Assembly: GCA_951406725.2 (NCBI GenBank)
Contig: OX597826.1
Location: forward strand, 18,414,001 to 18,478,000
Length of the DNA: 64,000 nucleotides
Direction of reading: 5' to 3'
Source: Octopus vulgaris
Taxonomy: Eukaryota
Positions within the stretch are counted from its first letter, which is position 1, and the number at the start of each line of letters is the position of its first letter. A model generated the notes under the pieces. It saw nothing but the letters and a program-made list of their open reading frames with translations, was not told where the DNA came from and did no database searches. The position numbers and the translations under genes were made by a program. This document shows positions 48,096-63,738 of this stretch, one piece after another.

Positions 48096-51000
48096 ACAAG
48101 TTGAATTTTTATTTGTAATATTACAATGTAATTTGAGAAAGATCTTTAGAAATGTCTAGGAGCAAACTCCATGAAATATGAATAGTATCACATGTTTATC
48201 AGCATCATGCAAGCCAGAAGATGAGTGAAAACACATATGGTTCAGAAATGCTCTAATCAAATATAGAGTTGTGTGTGTGTGTGTAGCTTACCATACTATT
48301 GAGAAAGGTACTTGATTTCTATGTCTTGGTTATAGATAAGGGGTAGAGTTAAGTGATGGTGGTAACAGCAGATGAAATATCTCATAGTTTTAAAGCAGCT
48401 GAAGTAAAAGAAATGGGAAAAGTGTTCCTTGTTAATTCTAAATTAGCTTGAAGCAGTATTGTCACTGGAAATTCTATTATTTACTTTTTATTATTCATTT
48501 TTACTTGAGGTGTATAACGAAGAATTAACCAGACACATGTTAAAAGTCATTCAGCATGAGAGACAGTGGGGATGAAGGAGAGAAACTCAGAATTTGATTG
48601 TGAGAAATAAAAAAAAAATGGATGAGTGTTATAGACAGGTGAGCTAACAAAATATCCTAACACTAGAACAACTTCCTCTCTTTTAATAGCACAATTATCC
48701 TTATAATGAACAGGTACATGTGAAGTAGTTGTCACTTCTATAAGCAGTATGGGTACTATTTTGTTCATTTACAATGTTGGACTCAAATAGTCTTGTGAGC
48801 TTGAATAAAATATTGATAACATTAATCAGGTCATAATCACGTGGTGTCCATTGGATTACATAGAGCATTACAATGGCAAACAAAGCCAAGTATGATTGCA
48901 ACACAGCTGTATTGCTGATGAGCATTTAATATGAAACTAAATCTAATTTATTTATCTTTTTGAGGACAATGCTTTACTAACTAAATGTACTGCACTGGTG
49001 TTTTACTAAATAACTAATTTCTACATTTTACTTTAAAATCATCATTTGGTATCATATATATGTATATATATTTGCTTTCCTCTAAATACCCTATTACATA
49101 ATACAGTCTAATTTAGACTAAGTTAATTTTCAAAAGATATTGTTCCAGTCTGCTACAAGACACTTTGATAAGTTTACATTTCAAAAGAAATACTTGGTCA
49201 GACAAAAGTAGCTCGCGACACAGTAACATTTCCGATAAGTACTTTGTAGATTTCTCAGAGACAAAACAAAAAAAAAGAGAGGAAAGTAAGATATTTAATG
49301 AAATGAAACAAAGATAAAACATTGAGTCTAGGCTTATAAGTGTTGCAGAATGTATCTTCCATCAACATCAGAAGCAACAGAAAGGAAAACCAGTTGAGAA
49401 GAAGCAGATATTTTAAAGCTAACAAACTAAATTTACACAAACCTAAAATTTACACACACACACGCACATGCGCACACACACACAGAACAAAATAGACTTT
49501 TTTTTAAAAAAAAGCATATATTACTATTCTAGAATAAATTTACACACATAGAATAAAACACAACCAAAAGAAATACAAAATAAAGGTAGGGCAGACAACT
49601 TCATTGATTTTTGTTAAAGTTCATTGCTGTCTTAAGCTAGTATAATTGTAAAAATAAACTCTATACACATTATGATGAAGGAAAACAAACATATTCATCA
49701 GATATATAACAAAATGAAGTTTTCGCATTAGTTAAAATGGGAAAGTAAACTGGACTGGTTATTTGAAAGACTTAACTGTGACCAGTTCCTCACCACTAAA
49801 GATGTTCACTAGACACCATTACATCATATTTCTTTGTAGAGGAAGAGTTCTGATAGAGTGCTTGCTATTAAGTCTGTACATAAAGATGGTTGAGTAACAA
49901 TACTTAATTGCAGCATATGTTTGAGCAGTTGCTATATAAACAAAATTATGAAGTGGTGGGTAACAAATTCAAATGATATAACAGCCATAATCTATTCTGC
50001 CCCTCTCAGACTACCAATCTCCAAAAAAACACATCTTTTTTTTTATCCAAGACAAAAGAAAGAATTTTGATACACTAAGTGTTTTGACAATAAATCCCTG
50101 AAATTTTTATTCTGAAGAGTCCCTATAAGGTTATGTACAAATTGCACAAATCTGAGAGACAAGGTGACTAACAAGGAACCTTACTATTTTATCCATGATT
50201 TACTCAACAGCAACACTGACTTTACTACAGCATTTTTTATGAGCATTATTCACAGAGCTGATACTGTTGTAACTGTAGATAGACAAACTGATCCAGCAAA
50301 TGCTAGCTCATTAACACTGATTTTCAAAAGTAACATCTGGTTTGATCAAAACTTCACTGATCAAAGAGCACACACACACATTTTACAGGTAAGTTACACT
50401 AGAAATGGGTCATTTTTTTTTATTAAGCTGAATTGAGTGGAGAGGTCATTTATGCATTGATAGCTAAGACTTAAAGACCTTAAAACTTAGCTTTAAACAA
50501 TTTTTACCATGATGCACACTGGAAAAAGACCGGCTGACATTGCTGACAAACAATTGATAGATAAATGGAAGGACAATTAAAGAAATGAACCACGAGTAGT
50601 TCAAAAACAGAATCACCACACTTAACACAGGGTTTTCTTACTCTCTCCTAGATATTAATTTTAGGGGATGCTGATGCCACTGGTGGACAGGAAGAAGGAA
50701 ACAAAATCATTCACAATATATAAGAAATTTCACTTTTATAATCCTTCACTTACTCGAGAAGAAATATGGAGTAATAAGTGATAAAACTTAAACAGTTTTG
50801 CTTATCAAGGTTATAGTTTATATGCTTTTCCAGGCTGGTTATGTTAAGAGTTAGGTGCTTGAATTTGAAGTTGACTCATGAGATGCAGAATATTATAGGT
50901 TATTGTTGTTGTTGTTGGTGGTGGTCGTGATTTGATTTTTAGTAGTAGCTATGTGGTTCCAAGCAATAACGAAACTAATTCTTTCTCACATTGCAAGGAT

Positions 51001-51129
51001 CTACTGGACTGGTGTTCAACTTTAGTTTCTGTAATAACTGGATGAGACAAATCTCTGCTATAATCTGGATACTAATGTCATCATAACTTACCCAGAAGAT
51101 ATGAGTACTTCTTCCTCACAGTTAGGTGA

Positions 51130-51240
51130 ACAGAGATAATATAGAGTTAAGTGTCCTGAACAGAAACAATGAAACACTTAGAGTGGATTTGAATTCACAA
51201 CCTATGAGTTGTCAGTTGAATACCTTATCCACTTGGCCAA
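51130..51240 (-). mobile_element. Decayed tRNA-derived SINE head
   Basis: Minus strand TGGCCAAGTGGATAAGG...GAATTCAAATCCAC...CAGGACACTTAACTC. Confidence 0.5.
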
Positions 51241-52176
51241 GCAATATTATGAAAATAAGTAGAGGTTGTTCATCTATGCTATAAACCATTTTCATATCTG
51301 GCCACATGTTAGTTACTAAATGAGTACATACCATGTAGCTAGTGAAATATCTTTTAGCCATGCAGAACCTGAAAGATTTGCAAAAAAATAATAGTTGAGA
51401 AATGAGTTGAAAGAATTATAACTACAAATTATTGAAATGGTTGTTAATTAAGAGATTGTAATAAAATGTTATAATAATAAATGAAATAAACTAAAGAAGA
51501 TGTTGGGAGTGTGGTGAGGAATATAAGTATAAAATCTAATAAGGCAACTCATTATGCTGATTAGAAATTATTGCCATGCGAGATGGTGACCTGCCATTTC
51601 TAAGTTAGAACCAACACCTGCCATTGTAAGATCAATATTGGAGTATAGATATATGTTGAAAACTGTACAATACTATCAGTGTTTTGTGTAAAGGAAGAGA
51701 AAATTCCCACCAAAAATACCTGCAAACAAATAAGAGGCATAAGAATAATAGAGTAGGTTGTTTCTTTGGTGTATTCTGATATTGCAAAAATGAGAAAGGA
51801 AAAAAAAAGGAAAGGTGGGAAAGTAGAATTCAGTAATAATATTGACAAAGTTTTGCTTTCCTTCTTTTTGTTTTGTTTTTTTTTTCTTCTTTTTTTTTTT
51901 GTTGGATTGAAATTAAAAAAGAAATACATTGGTTTAAATGTTTAAGAAACAAATTGTAAAAATGTAGAATGATAATTTAGTAAAGAAATCATCAAAAGAC
52001 AAAATGTATTTAATGTTTGCTTGGCATGAAAGAAATATGGTAAAATGAATGTTGACAAGTTGTAAGGGTCAAACAATGGGCAAGAGAAAAAGCCAAGTGG
52101 TTGTTGTGGGTTGGGGCAATGGTGAAGGAAGAAAGGATCAGATGTTAGAGATGCACAACCATTTCATTGTTTTTGC

Positions 52177-52222
<46 letters not shown>

Positions 52223-52795
52223 TATATATACATATGTATATATATATATATACACACAAACACATATGTACATGTACGTGTGAATATATATATATATCTA
52301 AAGATAGATACTTATATATGCATAAAAGACTTATCAAAGGGATATAAATACTTCCTACCAGAAGACCAATGGGCAATGTTTAGCCTTGTGATGAAGAGAA
52401 GGGTAAAAACCAAAATACAAAGAGAGCTAATTAAATAAATTTTTCTGTAATCTCTTCCCTTTTTAGTTTAAGCATGGAAACAGCAAATAACTATTGCGGT
52501 AAAGTCTTTGGGGGAAGTAAAACTTCACAATATTTATTAAAATTCAATTGCAAGGCCAGTGAATCTCCTTCTTTCTCAAAAACATTTGTTAAATTGTTGC
52601 TAATTTAAAAAAAAAATTCCTTCTTGCATTTTTCTTCCACTTTGCATAAATTGTAGATAAAACTGCATAAGTTTCAGAGACTGAATGCAGTCAACAAACT
52701 AATCTTTAAAAAAAAAAAGAAGTCTCAAAGTTTAATCAAGAATTTGATTATTCATGATATATATACATACATGTATGTATATATGTGTGTATGTA

Positions 52796-52835
<40 letters not shown>

Positions 52836-53883
52836 CACACAAACACATGCACTGTGTAATGAGAGGTCCACATAGTTTACATAGCATGGCACAAAGGTCA
52901 TAGATAAAGTGTGGGTATTCTAGTCATCCATAAACATGCAGAGTTAAGTGATTCTCACTGGTAAGTAAATCCTGGACTGGTTTACAATATAATAGATATT
53001 GATATTTTATTTCTTTATTAGATAATTAAGAATATTAGTTAATATAGATAGGGCAGTGGTATAAAAACTGAAAATCAAGGTAGAGAATTGGAGGGAAAAA
53101 TAGAAAATAATTCACAAAAAACAAATTATGAATAAAAATGAAAAGAGTTTTAACTGGTTGTAGAAAGCATAAGAATAATAGAATATCTAAGATAGATATT
53201 ATGTAAGTATTTAGTTACTTTGGTTTCTTACAGGCAATAAAGCATACACACACACAAACACACACAGCAACTGAGAGGGAAGTAAAAGTTCAGTAATACT
53301 GCATGAAAAGAATTCCACATTTTCATCTTTTCTCAGAAATAGAAGACGCAATAGAGACAATGTTAGATGTGGCAATAGTATATTTTCAAGATAATTACTT
53401 TAAAATATGTGTAAATATATATCCATGCAAATATTAGTAGGATCCACAAAAAAATTCTCCATCCAGTGAGAGATAAATATCATTTAATAAACACAGCATT
53501 TAAATAGCTTCATGCTCAGGAAATACAATTTGACAGATTTATTTTTCATGTGTGCAAGGAATCGTTCAAGGTCAGATGTCTAGGTGCCTGAAGGATTGCT
53601 TGGAGACATAAGATATGATAAATAAATCTACCAAAATACTTTGTGCCATCAGCATGAAACTATTGGTAGCTCATTTTAAATACTGTGCATATTAAATGAT
53701 ATGCTTGCACACACAGTCACACACATATGCATGTGTGTGTGTGTGTCTATATATATATATAGATATACATGTACGTGTATATAAACATACATATATATGT
53801 CTGCGTGTATATATAAATATGTGTACATAAACATATATGTATGTATGTGTATATATGTGTATATTTATATATATATATATATA

Positions 53884-54263
53884 CTCTTCACTCTTTTACT
53901 CTTTAATTTGTTTCAGTCATTTGACTACAGCAATGCTGGAGCACCACCTTTTGTCAAACAAATAGACCTCAGCCTAGTACTTATTCTATCAGTCTCTTTT
54001 GCCGAACCACTAACTTATGGAGACGTAAACACACCAGCATTGGTTGTCAAGCAATGGTGGGAAGGACACACACACACACAAACATACACACATATATATA
54101 TACAACAGGCTTCTTTCAGTTTCCATCTACCAAATCCACTCACAGGGCTTTGGTTGGCACAAGGCTATAGTAGAAGACACCCGCACAAGGTGCCATGCAG
54201 TAGGACTGAACTCAGAACCATGTGGTTGGTAAGCAACCTAATTACTGCACAGCCATTCCTGCT

Positions 54264-54266
<3 letters not shown>
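53884..54266 (-). mobile_element. Family A SINE
   Basis: Reverse complement of 6140-6530; embedded in (TA)n. Confidence 0.85.
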
Positions 54267-54301
<35 letters not shown>

Positions 54302-54527
54302 GAATATGGGAGTTTAGTTCACTGGTGATCTAAACAAATAGGTATGCTGGGTAAAGTGCTGTAACAGATTATCATGGTTCCAAGCTCAACTGAGACAGGA
54401 GCTATGCATCTATTTTAGGTTTCTGATTTAGCCGATATATATATGTGAAAGTGTTCGGCAAACGCAGAGTCTTAACAAGCATCTTAATTCATATTGATTA
54501 TCTCATATTATTCTTAATTTAGCTGAA

Positions 54528-54603
54528 GCCTTACAGCTGTTTCTGGGATACTCCAAGTGATAAGCGAGTATCCCTGAATATGGGGTATTCCGTCATCAGA
54601 GAG
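54528..54603 (-). ncRNA. Hammerhead ribozyme motif with extended stem II
   Basis: Minus strand TCT-CTGATGA-cg[GAATA-cccca-TATTC]a[GGGATACTC-12 nt-GAGTATCCC]a-GAAAC-agct-GTA-AGG; palindromic stem III ACAGCTGT. Confidence 0.6.
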
Positions 54604-54697
54604 AAGCAGAGATGATATGAAAGATCAAGACATGGAAAATTTGCAGATAATAAGCAACGAAATAGAAGAGTATATATATATGTATGTATACATATAT

Positions 54698-55519
54698 ATT
54701 ACATGGAAAAATCTGAGCAAGAGAAATAATATTCTTAAGGTTATAAACCTGGAAAATACAGGACAAGTTATTACATCTGGTTAAGTACAGAAAAAGAAAA
54801 TTCTTACTTAAAATATTGCAGCTAACGATAAAATTTCAAATAAAATATTTAGATTTAGAAAATAGCTTTTAATAAAACTAATAATTTTACTACTTTATTA
54901 CTTCTACTTGTTATTACTTGTTACTTCTATTAAAAATAACTCAAAATATTTTTTGCACTTTAAAAAAATTCATTTTTTAAAATTAATATTTAGAAATTTG
55001 AAAATACATTATAAAAAATAATAGTAGTACTTAATTAGTGCAATAAATATAATACAAAAATTAGTTATATATTACAGTAAAATCTACCTATAACAACAAA
55101 TTCATAGTAAAATTTGCTTGAGTTACTGACAAGTCTTCACATTTTTAGTCTTGACCCAATGACTATATTTTAGATAATGAATTTGCCTACCATATATGCT
55201 ATTCTTCTTAGCATTAAACTTTAGCTATATTGGTACTTCTGGCTCTCATTTTTTAAGTATTCTGGTTTTTCAATATTTTAACAAAATGATGGTACCTTTT
55301 TAATTATGATGCTACTTTGTAAATTAAAATCTAATAATTTTCAATATTCAAATTTTATCCTTAGTTGCAACATTTTAAAGTAAAACTTTTCTTGTTCTGT
55401 ACTTCACCAGATGTAATAATTTGTCCTGAACTTTTCCAAGTGTAATAATTTGTCCTATACTTTTCCAGATTTATAATCTTAAGAATATTATTTCTCTTGT
55501 TCGCATTTTTCCATGTAAT
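54698..55519. mobile_element. MITE with long (~145-175 bp) imperfect TIRs
   Basis: ATTACATGGAAAAATCTGAGCAAGAGAAATAATATTCTTAAG is the inverse of CTTAAGAATATTATTTCTCTTGTTCGCATTTTTCCATGTAAT. The right arm carries a ~30-bp tandem duplication (TGTAATAATTTGTCCT..ACTTTTCCA x2); the interior is very AT-rich. Confidence 0.85.
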
Positions 55520-55748
55520 CCACGATTTTCACAGGCTATGCTATTATACTAATTAATAATGTCAGTTAATAATCTAAGAGTTTACCTTATTGAAAATTGA
55601 ATAATAAATTTAAAGTGTTGTTGTTGTTGTTGCTGTGTGTGTGAGAGAGAGGTAGAGAGAGAATGACTACATTTTTTTTATTTTCCTCATATCTTTTTTG
55701 AGTGTGAGTGATTGACTGACAGAGAGGTGTGTGTGTTGTCAGAAAGAA

Positions 55749-55797
<49 letters not shown>

Positions 55798-56134
55798 GAG
55801 AAAGTGGTAGCATAAATTTTTTTTTATTTTAGCTTTTCTTGCATCTTTTTTAGTGAGTGAGAGTGATTGACTGAGACAGAGAGCGGGAGAGGAGGTGTTG
55901 CCATGTATGTGTAAAATGGCTAGGGTCAGTCACACACACACAAACACCTACGTACACCCATTATCTGTCACATATATGCATATGTCTTTTTATGTGTGCT
56001 TGTGAGGCAGAGAGAAAAAGCCAGACACTGAGTGAAGGTGTGTGTTCTCATGACAAGTTTTTTACATGTCTGCATAAGTAGCTAAGTAAAATTTACAGTA
56101 TCACTCTCTCTCTCTCTCTCTCTCAATGTGCACT

Positions 56135-56287
56135 TTGTGAAGTGGTTAGCATAAAAAAGAGCTTCCAACAGTAGAAACCATGGCAAATTAGAGGTTGGAG
56201 CTGCTCAGTGTAACCCTCCAGTGCATCTGTTCATGTTGAACCATCCAACCCATGCCAGCAGGGAAAGAGGAATGTTAAATGATGATA
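56135..56287 (+). mobile_element. Decayed copy of the (GAT)n-tailed repeat
   Basis: GTAGAAACCATGGC...CCATCCAACCCATGCCAGCAGGGAAA...GTTAAATGATGAT parallels 20700-20848. Confidence 0.7.
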
Positions 56288-57726
56288 AATATATGCTTAT
56301 GAAAAAAGACAAACATCGCAATCAGTTTTCTTGGAGACATTAAATCTTAAAGAGATTTAATACCATATTCTCTGGCATACAAGTCAAATTTTCCAAACCA
56401 AAAAGATAGGTTGACTTATATGCCAACACAATTTTGGACGACCAAAATTCCATGTGAAATGCAGCAGGATTTGGAAAGATTGTGACAATCTTTTAATGTT
56501 TACTCTACAAGATGACAAATACTAAATGTTGTACACTGGAAAGTACAATTTGTCTCCAGGACACACAATTTCACAATATTCTCTCTTAAAGAGAAACAAT
56601 CATATTGGCAAGGTTTTAAGACTTTCTGGTCGTTTAACTGTCTCTAATGATAGGATAAGAGAACATAACTCTCTCTCACACACACACAGCTCTCCCTCAA
56701 TCACTCACACATTCACTGAAAAAAAGATGAGAAAAGATTTTAAAAAAAGTATGCTGCCACTCTCTCTCTCTCACATACATACACAGTACACACTTTCTGT
56801 ATTGCACCCCCTGCCCATGTCCATTTCCCCCCTTTCACTTTATGCTGATTTCAAACACATTGTACATTTCCACTTGCAAAAACAAATATTTTTTATGGAA
56901 TTTACTGAATGCCAAAAGGTAACAGCTGAGCTGCGTGCACATGCCTTCAAGTTAAAATGAAAGATTGCCAAACTTTCTAAATAATATTTTAATGGCTTTA
57001 ATTTTTATGATGTAATTGCATTAATTAATACAGATGACATAATTAAACTAATTGTAAATTAGTGGTGTCGTAGATAATTTTTTCGTTGCCCCAATGATGC
57101 CGGTGACATATATTAAAAGCCCTTATAGAACTATATTCATAAAAAAGTATAGAACTATATTATCAACTTCAAATCTGAGAAACAAACACTCATAACATTT
57201 TGCTTTTAAACTTTCATTGCCTGAGATTTATACCAAGAAACTCTTCGATTTGAGCTCTATCATCTAAGCTTAAAGTAAAGTTTGCTTTCGAAATAAAACA
57301 GTAAATTATACTTAAATCCAATTTTTGCCTTAGATATATATTTTTTCATAGTATTTTACCTGATATTTCTATAAAAAATTTTTGTTGCATGGGATCAAAA
57401 CTATGAAATTCTTCATGATTTCTTCTAACATTGAATATAAGATAAATATATTTTGCTTTTGAAATAAAAAAGTTCTTTCAATCAAAACATGATTGGAGGC
57501 ATTACTTACTCTCTTGTAATGTTGCTACAAATTTTAATGAGTTTTTCTACTGGACCAAATCTCAATTCTTTTATGCCATGAAGCCCACTTCAAAAATTTT
57601 ACCAGTTTTCACCTTGGCTAAGAATTGAATGATCAACAAAGCTCTGAAGATGCTGCATGTGAATACATTGCGGATTTAAGAACATTTTTCAACTAATACT
57701 ACAGTTGAATGAAATATATCTATCTA

Positions 57727-57763
<37 letters not shown>

Positions 57764-57814
57764 ACACATATATATATACATATATATGTATACACACATA
57801 TATATATACATATC

Positions 57815-57992
<178 letters not shown>

Positions 57993-58005
57993 TATATATA
58001 TATAC

Positions 58006-58052
<47 letters not shown>

Positions 58053-58954
58053 TATATATTTATACATATACATACATATATATACATATACATACATATA
58101 TATACATATACATACATATATATACATATACATACATATATATACATATAGATATATATCTATACATATACATACATATACATATACATACATATATATA
58201 TACGTACATATATATATACATACATATACATATATATATATATATACATACATATATATATACACATACATATATATATACACATACATATATATATACA
58301 TACATATATACATATACATACAAATATATATACATATGTATATATATGCATATATATACACATACATATATACACACATATATATATACACATATATATA
58401 TACATATATATATATACATATATATATACATATATTTACATATATATATATATACATATATAAACATATATGCACACATATCAATATATGCATACATATA
58501 TACATACACATATATATATACACCTATCTACAGATATATACACATATCTATCTAAATATGCATACATATATACATGGATATATATATTAATACATATAAT
58601 ATATATCTATATATATATATTATATAAAAATACATGCAAATATATACCTATATATATTTTATACATATATATGCTATATATATATTATATACATACATAG
58701 ATATATCTATATATAAATATATGTATATACACATACATATGCATATATATATATATATGTACATATCTATCTATATATATATTATATATACATAGATATA
58801 TCTATATATAAATATATATGCATATATATATAAATATATGTATATATATATACATATAAATATACGTACATATACATAATCATACAAACATATACATACT
58901 TACACATACATACATATATATATATATATATACACATACACACATGTGTATATT

Positions 58955-59363
58955 CATTCTTTTATTCTATTGTTTCAGACATTTGACTGCAGCCATGCTG
59001 GAGCACTGCCTTTGGTCGAGCAAATCAACCCCAGGACTTATTCTTTGAAAGCCTAGAACTTATTCTATCAGTCTCTTTTGCAGAACTGCTAAGTTGCAGG
59101 TACACAAATACACCACTATCAACCGATGTTGGGGGAACAAACACAGACTGTCAAGTGATGTTGGTGGCGACAAACACAAGCACACAAATATATATATAAA
59201 TACAATGGACCTCTTTCAGTTTCTGTCTACCAAACCCACTCACAAAGCCTTGGTTGGCCATAGGCCACTGCAGAAAACACCCACACAATTGGTGCCACAC
59301 AGCAAGACTGAACCTAGAACCATGTGGTTGAGAAGCTTCCTACTACACAGCCATGATTGTACC
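58955..59363 (-). mobile_element. Family A SINE
   Basis: TTTGACTGCAGCCATGCTGGAGCACTGCC...GACTGAACCTAGAACCATGTGGTTG...ACACAGCCA. Confidence 0.85.
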
Positions 59364-59992
59364 TATGTATATATATATATATATGTATGTATGTATATAT
59401 ATGTGTGTGTGTCACTGTCTCTTTATCTTGTCAGTGTGTGATAGTTGTAAACGAGTATCACTGACATGCATGCAGTGTCTTTCATTTCTAAATATATATA
59501 ATATATATGCTTGTATATATATATATATATATATACATATACATGCATATATACATATATATAAATATATACATGCATATACTTACATATATACATATAC
59601 ATACATATATATAGATATAAATACATATATAAATGAAACAAGTAAAAGAGTAAGAGTATATATAGATAGATACATATATATATATATATACATGTATATA
59701 AATATATATAGACACATATGTATATATACATATATGTATATACACATATCTATATATATATACTAATATTTATATATTTATATATATGTACATATATATA
59801 TTAATATATATACTGTAACTCTATATACTATCTGTATATAAATCTTGGAATAAAATGGCTTTGATTTACTGTCAGGTGACTTTGGGCTGACTCTATATAT
59901 ACATCACCATCATCAAACGTATATTTGTGTGTGTGTGTATATATATGTATGTGCATATATGTATATTTGTATACGTATATATATCTTTATAT

Positions 59993-60024
<32 letters not shown>

Positions 60025-60422
60025 ATTCATATATATATATATATACATATATGTATAAAAGGCATGTGTATATATATATATATATATAAATATAACGCAT
60101 ATGTATATACATATAGATATAAAATGCATATAAATATATATATACATATAAAATGTATATATATATAAAATGTATATATAGCTGTAAGCATATTTATATA
60201 CATACATCTGCATATATATATGTATACACACACACACACACATATATATATATGCATGTGTATATATATATATATATATACACGCACACATAGATCTATA
60301 GATATATGTACATACATATTACTAATATGAGAACAGAAGAATGAATGAAACCTTGATATATAAATAGAGGAACTTATCTATAATATATGTGACAATTAGT
60401 CTGTTGCCATAATAAAACTCAA

Positions 60423-60491
60423 TGTTTCGGATGTCGGGGAGGAATTCTGCATGAGATGCCAGAGCAGAATTCCGCCTAGACGTCTGAAACA
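60423..60491. repeat. GC-rich imperfect hairpin
   Basis: TGTTTCGGATGTC..GGAATTCTGC-loop-GCAGAATTCC..GACGTCTGAAACA. Confidence 0.75.
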
Positions 60492-60583
60492 GTATATCTC
60501 TCTCTCTATATATATATGTATATATAAATATATATATATATTGTTGTACTTAGAAAGGGTCATTTTGCGATGTATATACTTCA

Positions 60584-60619
<36 letters not shown>

Positions 60620-60749
60620 TGAAGTATAACCTTGCTCAGATATTTATTATTGCTTATATATATATATATATAACAATTTAGGAGTGGCCTTAACACTAGG
60701 CTACTGGTAGCGATAAATTTCTATTGACTTTTTTGCTACCCTAAATTGA

Positions 60750-60791
<42 letters not shown>

Positions 60792-63375
60792 TATCTACAT
60801 ATATTCTTTTATGGGTTTTAACTGAAAGCAACAGCCATGTTTGGGCACTGCAGTTTTGTTACACTGTTATGGTTGAGACTCTCCTCTGCCCTCATTTAAG
60901 CCTCCAGCCACAAGGTAGGTTCATCTGGGACCCTGGACAGAAAGAGATCGAATTTTGTTTCCAAACCATCTACATTACTTAGAATTTAGGATCTATAAAT
61001 AAACATATATATATATATATATATGTATGTATATATATACACATACACACATCTACCTATCTGTCTAACTAGCTGTATATATATATATATATATAAATAT
61101 ATATATATATACATACACATATATATCCTTATATCAATTTCTATATATATCTATATATATATACCCACACACACACATATCTAAATCTATTTCTATATAA
61201 ATGTGTATATATATATATAGAGAGAGAGAGAGATCTATTTCTATCTATCTCTATATATATACATCTATATCTATATATATCTATTTATATATATCACTAT
61301 ATCTATGTAGATATTCACACACATCATAGGTGTGTAGTTGATGGAAGTAAGCAAAGCAATGCTTCCCTTAAAAACTATAGGAAGAGAATTGGAACTATAT
61401 TACTTAATTTTCAGATCATTCTAATGTTCAGTAAAATTAATATAAACAACATGACATAGGCTTCAGACTTTTATCACCGGAATTAGCAGATGACATAAAA
61501 AAATCTGTTCAAGGGAAGCAACATGAGGTGGTGCATCCTTTTTTGGTGTAATATTTTAACATTTTTTCCTATAAAAATGCCACAAAGACAATTATTTTGT
61601 AGTAAGAGCAGATAACACATAGATGTTGATGCTAAGAAATACTTATACACTTAGATTAATATTCTGTCAATTTGCAATACCTACGATATATATGATCTTA
61701 TGCTGTTATGTAACAGTTACATAGGAAAAGGGAAGGATGTTGACATTCAGCTTCCATCAGAAAAGCGATGAAAGAATAACAAGCAAGAAGTTATTTGTGA
61801 TTATTCAACAAATATTTTCTACTTTTCCAAATTACAGAACACCCTTTACATAAAATGTGAATTTTATATTAAAAATGGCTGTAGAATATGAACTTGTCAA
61901 TTTGATTCAAATATATATGGGAGAGAAAATTCTGGTCATTGATTCCTCAGTCAGAAAGAACATCGCATGCCCCTCATACATACATATCTATACATATACA
62001 TACACACATGCATATACATATATATACTCATGCATGCACACACATCTAGATGTATATACACATACATGTATATATATAAATATATATGTATATACATGCA
62101 TATATGTACATGTACATACACACATATATATATACACATATATACATACATATACACACATATATACATACATATACACACATATATACATACATATACA
62201 CACATATATACATACATATACACACATATATACATACATATATATACACACATATACATACATATATATATATACACACATATACATACATATATATATA
62301 CACACACATACATATATACATGCATATATATATATATACACATATATGTATGTATACACTTATATGCATACATATACATGTCACATTAATATATATATAT
62401 ATACATGTGCACACGCACATATATATATATACATAAATATATATTATTTTATAAATATATATGTCTGTGTAAATGTATATATAATTTACCATGGCCGTAT
62501 TAGTGTCCTGGTACACTGTTTCACTTGGGAGTTCACAGTCAACAAAGGGTGTGTTTGTATATAGGTAGATACATACATACATACACAAACATGTGCAAAG
62601 ATATGCAGTATATGTATATTAGGCACATACATAATTTATTACTTACGTATATGTACAGACAAACACACACACATACATGTATCATAATTTTCCCAACAGT
62701 TTATCCATGCCTGCATGGATCAGATATGAACCATTGAAAATCGATGACCAGTTGCTCTTCCAGCTACACGTACATGTTTTTAAGGAAAATAGCATCTATA
62801 ACTACTCTAAATGTCCTTTTCATGCCTACATGTGTGTGTGTGTATGTGTGTGGAAGAAATGCACACACACACACACAAACATAAAAATTATACGTATTAC
62901 AAAAGCATATGATTTCTATCAATATCTATATTTCTATCTCTGCTTATCACTCTCTATATATAAATACATGTATATATATACGTTTAAATATGTATATACA
63001 CTATATATATATCCACATATAGATGTATACATATATAAATGAATACATGTATATATACATATAGATATATATATACATCTATATAAATATATATATATAT
63101 GAATACACACATATATATATACAGATATATGTACATATATATACACATACATAAATATATATATGTGTATATATATATTTATACGTACACTTATATAAGC
63201 TTATAGGTATTTACATATGTATATATATATACACATACATATATATATATATATCAATTAATAATTAATTGATAATTTACACCATTATAGGTTTTTTGTG
63301 CATGCTAAACCACTGATATTATTATAAACAATATCCTCATCTTTATATATATATATATATATATGTATGTATATA

Positions 63376-63738
63376 TTACTCCTTTACGTATTTCAGTCAT
63401 TTGACTGTGACCATGCTGGAGCACTGCCTTTAGTCGAGCAAATCGACCCCATAGCCTAGTACTTATTCTATCGGTTTCTTTTGTCGAACCGCTATGTTAT
63501 GGGGACGTAAACACATCAACATCGGTTGTCAAGTGATGTTGGGGGAGGAAGGACAAACAGACACACATACATATACGACAGGCTTCTTCCAATTTCCGTC
63601 TACCAAATCCGTTCACAAGGCTTTCGTTGGCCCGAACCTACAGTAGAAGACACTTAACCAAGGTGACATGCAGTTTGACTGAACCCTGGACCATGTGATT
63701 GGTAAGCAACCCACTTACTATACAGCCACTCCTGCACC
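63376..63738 (-). mobile_element. Family A SINE, relatively young
   Basis: Reverse complement of 6140-6530 with many CpGs retained (GTCGAGCAAATCGACC, TCGAACCGC, TACGACAGG). Confidence 0.85.
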
